Assembly: GCF_964204645.1 (NCBI RefSeq)
Contig: NC_134027.1
Location: 27,180,560-27,244,559 of the forward strand
Length of the DNA stretch: 64,000 bases
DNA from: Tubulanus polymorphus
Lineage: Eukaryota; Animalia; Nemertea
Reading direction: 5' to 3'
The number at the start of each line of letters is the position of its first letter. Position 1 is the first letter of the stretch. The notes under the pieces are model-generated. The model was given only the letters and a program-made list of their open reading frames with translations. It was not told where the DNA came from and made no database searches. This document shows positions 39,726 through 64,000 of this stretch, piece by piece. Both the position numbers and the translations under genes were made by a program.

Positions 39726-41152
39726 GCTTTACTAATGAGAGTTAAATGGGACCCGAGTCTGCGCGCTGTTAGAAAAAAGAAACGACTCTACGACAAATTC
39801 TAATTCAGCGGCGGCATAAAGAAAGATTTATAGTTTGCCCTTTGTTCAACGCGTATTAACATCGACGATCCTGTAAAAACCATTCACACAACACATAACG
39901 ACAAACACAATTAGAAGAGCGATTATTTGCCACCATAAAGATTACCAGTAAATTTCCATCTAACCCCTGAAATAGCTCAGAATTTCAGAAATGTATTTCG
40001 TCCAGCGCAGATTCCCGAGAACGGGGATCAGAATTATGGCTATCAGTAATCTTGAGTTTGCGCGGAAGTTGACGTCGTAAGTTGCGATATAAATGTGTCG
40101 TTTATTCAAAACGATTTATGGTAGTTTTTAATGGTTGCACCTGAGACTCCTTTCACGGCGATCCATAAATACATTATTCCAACCAAGAAACTCTTTTACA
40201 ATATCGTGTAATTTGTTATATCAACATTTCCGTCTTTTACTCAAATGAAATTCGGGTTCATTTGAAGTTTCGCTCCTCTTTAATCATCGCATTCTTTGCG
40301 TAGGCACAATTTCGACGTGAATTTTGATCTGATTACGAAATTAACCCCTAAGATTCTCAAAATCGTTACCACCGCGGAATTCACCAATAAACTCTATCTC
40401 TTATAGATATAACTATATAGTTACGTCATACGCGTCAGGCGGACCCTAATTTCAACGCCTTAAAAAGGACAAACGTATCTTAAAAACGTTGTAAGAATTA
40501 TTTTATCCTCGGGTCACGACGAGTCTGGGTCTGATGTTATCTACGGTATATAAAGCATTGCTCATGTTTCCTACCGGAACAATAGTTGACGCCGAGGTGA
40601 GCCGCGGGGAGCCGCGGGGAGCCGTGGGTAGCCGTTAGCCCTGGGCACGCTTTAAACATTCATAGTTTACGTTTGCGCAATGTGGCTGATGATGAATTAA
40701 TTGAATTGGCTGATTAATAGACGGCAAGAGTTTAATGAAGCTCGATTCAACTCGTCGACTCAACCCCCGACGTCCATCTCCATACAGCATTCAATGAGTT
40801 TAGTCAGGTGAATCGCGAGGAGCTTCAAACTATAACCACTGATTCAATGGGTGCCTCACAAAAAACATAATCATTGTTTATTTACTGAATCGAAGTGGTA
40901 AAAATATTTGTAAACGTATGACACATTTACAGATCTTTATTTACGAAATGTTTATTTAAGATTTTAACCAAAAAGAAATTGTATAAACACGAGACGTTTC
41001 GGCTTCTGAAACCGAAACTCGAAACGATATTTTCTAAAACTTCTGAAAAAAATCCTTTGCTATTTAGATTTTAAGTTTTTTCAAAACAGCTAATTTTCAT
41101 TCAATATTCGCTGATGCCCATAGTGATTATTTTACGAGGTTCATAAAGTGAA

Positions 41153-41260
41153 TAAAATCAAGAATTAAAATCAAAATAAACGACGTTTCGGACTCTCACT
41201 AGAGCTCATGAACGTCGTGTATTTTGGTTTTAATTCTTGATAAATAAAACTCGTTTCTTA
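41153..41260. mobile_element. Degenerate PLE-like fold-back related to the 6520-6814 element
   Basis: ATCAAGAATTAAAATCAAAATAAACGACGTTTC...GAACGTCGTGTATTTTGGTTTTAATTCTTGAT inverted arms with the hammerhead centre deleted. Another relic at ~25245-25365 retains CATCGTCAGGTGTG. Confidence 0.5.
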
Positions 41261-43915
41261 TATTCCAAAATTCGGTATCGTGGTTGGTCTTAAACTTATC
41301 ATCATGTTCTCCACGCCTGAAAATTCGTATTTGAAAAAGACGGTGTGAAAAGTGTTAATTTCATCGGTCATTGAACAATTGTTTTAGGATTCAATGTGTC
41401 TTTTTATAAGCGACCTGTCAACACATTGAATCGACTGATTTCATGCGGAACTGATTGTTCGATATGGTTCACATAAAACCAGCTGAAATATCTATCCATT
41501 TTTCATGAGTTTTAATTCAAATTCTGAAAAAAAAGGAATCCGCACTGAATTTCAGCCGTTTGAAGATTTAGAGTTTTTAAATTCTCGAAGGATTTCAGCG
41601 TTAAACGTGTCATCCATTTAATGATTTCTTTATGAAAAACTGCGAGGCATAAAATTAACTTTGTGATAAATTCGAATTCGAGTTTTGATAAAATTTTCAA
41701 GCCGTGAAAACCGTATCGTATCGTCGACGAGGGCTGAGGGGGTCTCATGAGGACAGAGCGGGTCTCATGAGGACCGAGCGGGTCTCTAGTTCTCAATAGT
41801 GAGAAACTAGCGCCACTTTTTACGTATTTCTACCTTCGACTAATAAAAGACGCCCGCCTAAAAAAAACATATGATGAAAACGTAACTGGAGCCTTAAGAA
41901 TAACGAGTAGTATATTGAGTAGCGAACCGAGGTAACACCAGCCAGTAGCGACGAGTAGCGCCGAAATGTTGGTTAAAGACGACGGCACGGGTTAGACTAT
42001 ATAATTTACTCAACGGGGCGACCAATATGCGAGCGCTGTTTTGGAATTTCACATGGCTATTGAAACCCATTTTGATGAATGGCGAAAAACTAACATTTGA
42101 ATAAGGACTGGCGACACAATGGCTTGAAGAGCTCTTAAAGAATGAATGCCAAACGGCGATTATCTGTTGGTGGATATTGTATTCGCTAGAGTCAAGAGGC
42201 GCGTGGAGCGAGCCGAACAACGTCACAATGAGTTCCCTTCATTTTGCCACAAAACACGTCGGGATTATGAACTAAATTAGACGTTTTGAAGAGATTAAAA
42301 ATGTAAACACTTGAAACTGTTTATGATTTTCGTTTCGGCTGGTTTAAGATTTTGTCCTTAATAAACAGTACTATGCGTTTTAATGTCGTCATATGAAATA
42401 CCGCTCGTCTCCTCGAGGCGGATCCCATCCCAAATCCGCTTAAAAATTTCAAAACAGCTTTTGCCTTCTAGAAACTAGACGTGGTTAAAGGCGAGCCTAG
42501 CCGTGTTGTAGTCGAAACGTTTGTGAATGATTCCTCTCGTGTGGATTCAGAAACGATTGATAAAATGTGGTACACGAAAAACTGAGAGTTTTAAAGATGA
42601 TTTTGAGATAAAATATTTCAGCCAGTTGTTTTGTTATTGTATGAACGCGTGTAAAACGTGAAACATGAACGACAAGATTTTGAGATTTGTAAAATACACT
42701 ATAACAACACGTAGATATCTGTTATGATAAATCTTTCAACAACATATCTCAATGGGAACAAATACAAGAAGCTCTTTTATATAGTTGTAATTACACCCTT
42801 GTCCATGGGTTTAAACCGTTTAACCGTTTTGATTGACAGCTTCTTAATTAGCGAATTATTATGTGGATTAATATCGACCAATGGGAAACGTTGTTTCGCG
42901 TTCGGTGTCACCATTTTCGCTGAAACGGTGATGTAATCTGTTCTGTGATTGGTCGGATGTGAGTTGTCGCGTCGAGTTGTCTGCTGTAGGGTTTCTGGCG
43001 CCATGAAGGAACGCACAAGGCGAATCGAACGCAATTCATCTGTTTATAACAAATCTCAGGGTTCTCATCAAGCACTCAACATATCTATTGCATCTTTAGT
43101 CCGGTCGGGATTAGCTAAGGAGTTTATGTCATAGTTCTAGTTCGCGAGGGACGATAAAACTATCGGAGCGCGACTCGGCAGTAACAAGTTTACATTCACG
43201 TGGTCCTGATCGCATATGATAAACTATTGGATATATTCTGTAAGTGATCACCGGGTTTATCAGTTACATCTAAAATCCTAATTTATAGGCGAACTCGTCA
43301 ACGCGACTGGACATACTAGTAATGAAGTATATTAACAGTTTTAATTTGTGTTTGGTCGCGATTTTATGAAAAAGTTTTTCAGACTCGACGGAATCGATAC
43401 AAATTACAGCGAGCGCGCTATTAAGTGTCATGTAATATCGTATGAGGCTGTTACAGCTGTCATATCTATCTAGTATCAGGCGCCATGAGCTAATTTGTCC
43501 AGATTATCCGCTTATCACTGGTTATCTCGATAAACCCGTGGCTTACCACTACGTCATCGCCTCTCTACGGTAACAATCACTATGATCGTTTATCTCCAGT
43601 TTTGAAAACATTTTGATTTCGGATATCCTATTGGTTGGTTTATCGTAGATCGGCGTGTGAGGCATAGTTTAAAAACTATTTGAAGAATGTGTTACTTCTA
43701 TAAACAACGGATGAATGAATGAAAATGTTGAATGATTTGTCAGTTTTCAATACGCAATGCTTCGATAGTTGGTTAAACGATATTTTGAATCGAGATGCTG
43801 AGAATATCGAGGAGAAAAAAGTTTTATGAAATTCTGTTTCTTTAATTTCAGTTGATTACGATTTTATAAACGAATCTCGGAAAGAAATACGACGTTCTTG
43901 AGCGAGAAGAGAAAC

Positions 43916-57497
<13,582 letters not shown>

Positions 57498-58481
57498 TGA
57501 CACTCGGTATATATATACACGTATATACAATGCAAGCCATATTAAACAACATCGAACACTCTCGCGTTCCCCCTCTCCCCTCTCTCCCCCCTCTATACCT
57601 CTGTGCATTTATCCAACTTATCCTAACGGTATAAAAGAGATAAATCTATATTTGCCCCCGAAAAGCATGTACGGTACATTTACTGGTGGCGCAAAACGAA
57701 TTTCAGCTTTACACGGAATCCTGATCGATCTTTAAGGCTTGTGGACAATGGAAATATATTGCTTACTATTCGCTCAGTTGTCAAATGAATTCATATTTCA
57801 ATAACTTCGTTTTGGCACAAAACTTTGAATATTTGAAAACAGCTTTGGATCCCGGCATATTGATACGTACTTTTCTAAATGCATTTATTCTTTTGCGGTG
57901 TTTTTGCATTGATGGATTTTTGAACTTCGAGAGAAGATGCCGAGATTTATTGTATGTAAATATAAAATGATATAAAACTCTTCTGTAAATAACAGATTAT
58001 AATATAAATCGTATGACACGGACTCGTGTTGAGTCGACACAGAAAACGACACTTGTCGATATAAGTCGACAAGCTATTCTTTGTACTATTAGGTTGGGAT
58101 TTGGTATCGTTTTTTTTCCTTGTAAAAGAATATTTTGCTGTAATGAAATATACATTCTACGAGAAGCATGTCAAGTGTAATTAATGATGTATTCACGTGT
58201 GAACAGTTAAAGTATAATGTAAAATAAAATGCTGTACAAAATTGATTATAAGCAAGCAATATTTTTCAAAAGTTTCTTCCCAAAACATGACCTATACAGC
58301 TATACTTACCAATGATAACGAACACGGTTATAATTTATTTGTTTGATAATTTTGACTGATGAAGTAAAATGTATGTAAAAATTGTATTGTATATATATAT
58401 ATATAAACCAACTGATTATGTGGTGGACTAAAACTACAGCAACAACATAAAAAAACAACATTACATTTTGTCAAGTGTAAA

Positions 58482-58487
58482 ATAAAG
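58482..58487 (+). terminator. Candidate GATA123 polyadenylation signal
   Basis: AATAAA followed by ATTAAA and a GT/T-rich tract (~58504-58530), ~1 kb after the stop. An alternative AATAAA lies at ~58223. Confidence 0.45.
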
Positions 58488-61141
58488 AATAATGTATTAA
58501 AAAGTTGTTTTTATGCTTTGTTTTATTGTGAGGATGTTTATGGTTCTTTCTTGAGGAACCAAAACCCGAAAGCTGACAAGAGAAATCCTTAAAGTATGCA
58601 TAAGACGTTTTTATTGAAGCAACTCGAATCGTCCTACAACGCGCCTATAATGATTTGCCGTACAACGTCCATTTATTTAACCAAAGCGACCAAATCACTA
58701 CTCGCTTTGATTCGATTTACAAGATGGCGCCTACTACAGAAGCGTTCGGCGATAGATCATAAAACGAAATGGCGGCCTTTTCGATGGCAGAAAATTCAGG
58801 TTCGTGTTCCAGAGAGGAGGGTCGTCGATTTAAGGCGATTTGATTTGTGCCACGTGATAGTAATCGATAGAGTAAACTCGCTTTATCTCGGACATATTTC
58901 ATCGGGCCAAGTTTGCTCGGGTTGGACGAGGTTAACTGTATTCAGCGTTTAGACGATATCCTTGAATACTGCACTTCCCGTATTCGTTTCACCTTGATAT
59001 GTTGAATAAACTGTGAGTTCAAGGAAACATTTCGGACTCTTATTATTCAACATATTTGTTATTAAATCACTTATGGCCGAGATTCGAACTTGATTTGACA
59101 GTGGAACAACTGCGTATAAATACTAATGTATTACATATATCACAATAAGACCCTACAAATTAGTTTTGATATTGACACAGTTCGAACAAGAATTATGGGA
59201 TCCAGACCGCAAAGTTTCACTGGTCGCGTATTTAGACCAATTGGATGTATACGTTCAAGATTAACCGAAATATCCCCAAAAATCGACCCAGTCAAAAATA
59301 GATAAACTTTAATATGGTCTTAGACTAGTCTTAAATCTACCATAAGCCATGACTGCAACTGGCTGCCATGATCAGTCCTATAGTTGTAGGTTAAGTTAGA
59401 AACGTCTTATATATTGTATATTGGCTATGCATTTATCTTGTGTTATCACATCTTCGATTTTAGAAATGAATTTATCTTATCATCAAACGACGTCTGTCTT
59501 TAATGACTTCCTTACTATAAATTTGAATCCATCAACACTTTCGAAATAGCCTTTTATATTTTGATCAGCATTTAACAACGGGTTTAGGTAGCGTTAGTTG
59601 TCGAATTCGGCAGGGGATACGTATTTCATGAAAACTAATCCTACCCATTACTTCTATAAGCACTTCGTTCTGGTCGGTGTTTTCACAAGGTAGAATATGA
59701 AGGCATAATGTTTTTACCAGTTAGAATAAGGAGGACAGTTCATACAGATAATCAACTCGCGGAGACTAACTCTTATATTTCTGAAAGTTTTAAGCAATAC
59801 GTTTAGGACACATTCGTAGGCTAGTTTGATAGGAGATAGAATTTTGGCACAAAACATTCGAAAAAAACAATAATAATCCTGAGGAATAATCAATAGGGTT
59901 TTCTGTCCCTCTAATTGATTGATTAATCGATACGGGTTTATTCGCCAAAATATATTATTGCGAATTTTACTCGTCGGCTGAATCTGGATAACGGAAGATA
60001 TTTCACAGTCGTTAATGGCTTAATTTACGATGTACTCGATAGATGGCGCAGTGTGCGTTTAATTCGAGCAATTTAAAGTATTCGATTTTCCATCTTCTAT
60101 TCTATTGGAATAATTAAGACATTCAAACTTAAATACTTGACATTTCAATTGGTAGAATTATCTTAAAGAGATTTCGCACGCGTATCTGCAGAACGTCTCG
60201 CAGGTATGCCATGCAGTCACCTAACACTGCAAACATTTGACCAGTCAACGGAATTAAAGCATCAAAATCTGCAAAATAAATCCAGAAAATCCCGACTTCA
60301 AAGTTCTGACTTCATTTCATATCTCACCTTGGGGTAATCGAAACCACAGTTTATAGTAGGGCCTGCCTTATGGAGAGGTTAATCATCCTTGGAAATTATT
60401 CGATTTAAAAATACATTTCAGCAATACTCGACTCTTTTACCGGTAACTCTAGAGTCGATCCATCTACATCCATATACCGTGCAGGGAGGTATAGTATGAA
60501 CGATAGGGCGATTCTAGGCAGTGGGTTTTGGGGTTTTTTGCGCCTTCCCATCGAGATTGCCGGCATTTTTGTTAGGATTGTCCTCGCGAAAAATAAATTT
60601 GTCTCTCATCTCTTGGGAATTTCTTTTTTAACCCCCCAAAAATATCAACCCGATTATGGAAGAACCGCATTTTTGTGGCCTTCAGCGTGAGTGTCCATCC
60701 GGGAAATGCCCTTCTTGTTCGTGCCTTCCAATTTTCCTAGATCTAAATGCTGAGTTGAGAAACTTCAGTTTTACAGTCATGTGAATCTCGTGTTGTGGAA
60801 CTTTTAACTAACCAACTTTTTCACGTTGTCGCGGTCAAATTCGAACAACTGAACTAAACGGAGATCAATGTGATATTGCGGTGGCTAAACTTGGTCTACG
60901 GTCTGAAAGAAACGCGCGTCACTGGTGTCTATTTTAAACTACGTGCGTTATTAATCCATCCACCCAAAATCTGAAGAAAAAAATGAGAAATCACGAAATA
61001 TTCAAGAAGATACTGTTGATTTTGATGAATGACGTAAATGACGACATTCAACGTTTTTACGGTTGCGTCTATGGAGTAATTGGCTACTACGGATATATAT
61101 AGCTGGACCGTAGTTTCATTCATAATCATCTAAACCACTCT

Positions 61142-61262
61142 CCTTATATGGCAAGTGAATAAAGTTAGTGAATGAACTTACATACGGGTTAGCGTAACGT
61201 CATTTGTCTACAGGTCGTTGATTGGCTGAGTAAACGGATGAATGCGAGGAACACTAGTTTAC
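61142..61262 (+). promoter_or_regulatory. DUSP6/7 proximal promoter motifs: CArG box, CRE-like, CCAAT, ETS, Fox
   Basis: CCTTATATGG 61142-61151 (perfect CC(W)6GG), TAACGTCA 61195-61202, GATTGGC 61220-61226, CGGATG 61235-61240, GTTTAC 61257-61262. Confidence 0.5.
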
Positions 61263-61467
61263 AGTCAGAACCGCGTTGAACTACACACACGCGCGACGTA
61301 TACATACACGGCGCTCTCACATCTTTAACACTTATAACGCCGTACACATCACCCAAATTCGATTACTGGGATTTTTTGGATTAAGTTATATCCGTCGCTA
61401 TCGAGATTGAATGCTTTATCGTTGTCAACAGATTTCAAGGACGCTTTATCGGAATTTAGGTCATACC

Positions 61468-63821
61468 ATGCCTAGTATGGAGAGTAACGGCGCGGCAATG
61501 GCGGTTACTCCTGATTATCTTCGAGATGAAATACGAATTGGTGCTGATCCTTTGATTTTAGACTGTCGGAGTCAGGTTGATTTTGCGGCTATGCACGTCG
61601 AAGGAGCTATCAATGTTTCGATACCGAGTCTAATGTTAAGGAGACTCAAGAAGGGAAATCTTTCGGTAGCTTCAGTTTTACAATCAAAAGACGCCAAGGA
61701 AGTATTCATGAGAAAGTGTAAAACTCAAACTCTCATCTTATACGACGAAACAACATCATCTTCTACAGACATTACAAATGTGAATTCAAACAGTATTACG
61801 AATCTGCTAATAAAGAGACTCGCAGAAGAAGGTTGTCATGTGTGCTATCTACAAGGCAAGTATTCGTTACAACTAATGTATCATCAATTTCATTTTCAGC
61901 TATGATAGGAAACAAACCGGACCTGACGAACGGAACCTGTTCTCTATTGTTGTTTCTTTCATTTCAGATCTCAAAACCCATCTAATCTCAATAACTCTTG
62001 TATTCTGTTGATATTGAATCTTTTTATGGAGTAGTATAATTCATCTTTCTTTCCTTCTAAAGGAAGTATTTCGATAGATTTCATTTTGAATGAAGCTCTT
62101 GGGCAAATAAATCAAATCATTGTGATGTTTATGACGCAGTTGATGGTACGATAGTCATCAGCTTCCTGTAGTGTGAAACATTAACCTATATTCGAACTGT
62201 TGATACACACTCGTAGATAAACAGGTTCTTCAACATTGAATCATTTTCTGTGCCGATGAGTCGTGTTGTTAGGTCAAAAATAACATCAGTTACCTGACCC
62301 CATCGAGCGCGTAACTAAAGACGTAAACCTAGAACCGTGAGAAAGAACAGTTTCATTGATGTGTTTTCAAACTACCGAATTTCATCATCGACGACGTGTT
62401 GAAAATATCGCGTATTTTATATGATTTCATAAGTTCATTGAGTTTTCATCAGCCGAGTATCGACGATGACTCGAGAATATCGTGCTATGCAAATATTATT
62501 GCCGAGTTGAAGTCTCCTTCAGTTCGTGCTCGAATACTAGGTCAACTCCATTAAATGACTTCCTTCTTTCTCTCCCTATAGAGCGCATACATCGCCCTGA
62601 GAAGTGTCTAGTTTTTAGGAGTGGAAAGGGAGAACTTTGTAAACATTGAGTTCATAGCTATCGGCTATTTGTGAGAAAAAAAACTTGACCAAAATCAAGC
62701 TCCAGACACGTTGACCTCTGATTAAACCGATAGGTGTTTTATCGATTGTAGAAAGAGTCGGGCCCTGATTCATCTGGTCAATTAGTACTCGATGAACCGG
62801 TTAACCTATCGGTCAACTGAAATGACCACCAAAGATCTGTCTGGATTAACTAGAAATGAAATAAAATTCCTTCGTTTGAAATTCTCTCTAATAACGATCA
62901 CTTCAGTTGAGTTGTGGTGGAGCTGAAAAATAGTACTTTGAAGGTTTACTTGATTTTGTACGAGCTTTTGCTGCTAATATACACTAACTGGTCAAAGCTC
63001 GTAATTTTAATAACGTTGTTTTAATAAAATCAAGTTTACCTTATTCGTCGCCAGTTTAAGTCATCATCTATGATTGAATCCCGATCTGTATACAATAGAC
63101 GTGTGTATATAGAACCTTTTCGCATATGCTCCTTCGGAAGAGGATTATCTTATTTTCTCTTTGACGATTGCTGCTTTGAAAAATTCTTCCAATTCTACCT
63201 CTCTCTCTAAAAAGGCTGACATTTTCTACCCGAGATTAATAATCCATCGTTCATAGAAGAGCTAAACCGAAAAGTGCCTAAGAAGAAATCCTTTGAATAA
63301 GTTATCAACACGATATTCGTCCCAACAATAATGAACAACTGTACATCCATAAAAAAGTCCCATTAAATTAGCTGAATTTGTTGTATGTATATATTTATAT
63401 ATATATATATAAATGTATACATAATCTGTTTACATATTATGTTTTTCAGGAGGTTTTTTACTGTTTCAAGAGCAATATCCCGAATACTGTATAGCACATG
63501 AAGATGATAAATCTCTACACAGCGCTATACTCGGGCTCAGTAATATGAACTTAGAAAATAATGATGATACAGAGAATCTACAAACTCCTACAGACATGTA
63601 CCCGGTCGAGGTCGTACCGTATTTATTCCTAGGAAATGCACGAACTTCTTCCAATTTTGAGATTCTCGCTAAACTGGGAATACGTTATATCCTCAACGTC
63701 ACGTCCAACGTACCAAACGTATTCGAAAACGATACCAACTTTAAATACATGCAGATACCAATAAGCGACCACTGGTCTCAAAATCTTTCTGTATTCTTCC
63801 CGCAAGCAATTTCTTTTATCG
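61468..63821 (+). CDS. DUSP7: Dual-specificity MAPK phosphatase DUSP6/7/9 (MKP3)-like, exons 1-2, 3'-partial
   Basis: Exon 1 (61468-61855; alternative in-frame ATG at 61411) encodes a rhodanese/CH2 domain with LILDCR, HVEGAINVSIPSLMLRRLKKGNL (ERK-docking KIM) and ILYD. Exon 2 (63450-63821) encodes GGFLLFQEQYPEYC...YPVEVVPYLFLGNA...YILNVTSNVPNVFE...YMQIPISDHWSQNLSVFFPQAISFI. The catalytic HCxxGxxRS exon is beyond the window. Probably pro-orthologous to DUSP6/7/9. Confidence 0.93.
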
Positions 63822-64000
63822 GTAAGTTTATCTGAATTGTTATTTCTATCGAGCAGTATTAGGGAAGGGTAGCGGGTATGAGGGATTGTGTGAAGCTCAT
63901 ATTTATATGAATCCTGTGTAAAGCCTGTTAAATATAAAGCTTTTAGCGCTATGCCTCGCGGGAGTAACTGTGACATTTTTCCTCTCGGCTGCAATTTAAT

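Noticed and set aside
58596-58952. 118-aa ORF between GATA123 and DUSP
   Set aside because: No homology-like features, and the length is within chance expectation.
63629-63994. 121-aa minus-strand ORF
   Set aside because: Antisense to DUSP exon 2.

Overview
AT-rich eukaryotic (invertebrate bilaterian-looking) genomic DNA with short GT-AG introns and three intron-containing genes, all on the + strand. (1) A NEK4 kinase gene, missing its first exon, at 230-7029. (2) A complete GATA1/2/3-class zinc-finger gene with 5 coding exons at 43916-57497 (458 aa), preceded by ~37 kb with no intact conserved gene. (3) The first two exons of a DUSP6/7/9 (MKP3) phosphatase at 61468-63821, joined by a GC-AG intron. 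The non-coding DNA holds many short MITEs, two minisatellites and a 47/48-bp dimeric satellite. It also holds numerous Penelope-like fold-back fragments carrying minimal hammerhead-ribozyme cores; the best preserved is an inverted double-hammerhead insertion with a 14-bp target-site duplication in the last NEK4 intron. Other leads are a vertebrate Gata2 '+9.5'-like E-box-N8-GATA/ETS composite in a GATA intron, two candidate GATA promoters, and a possible four-exon orphan pseudogene at 10165-11308 (-). All calls were made by eye; no searches or folding programs were run.
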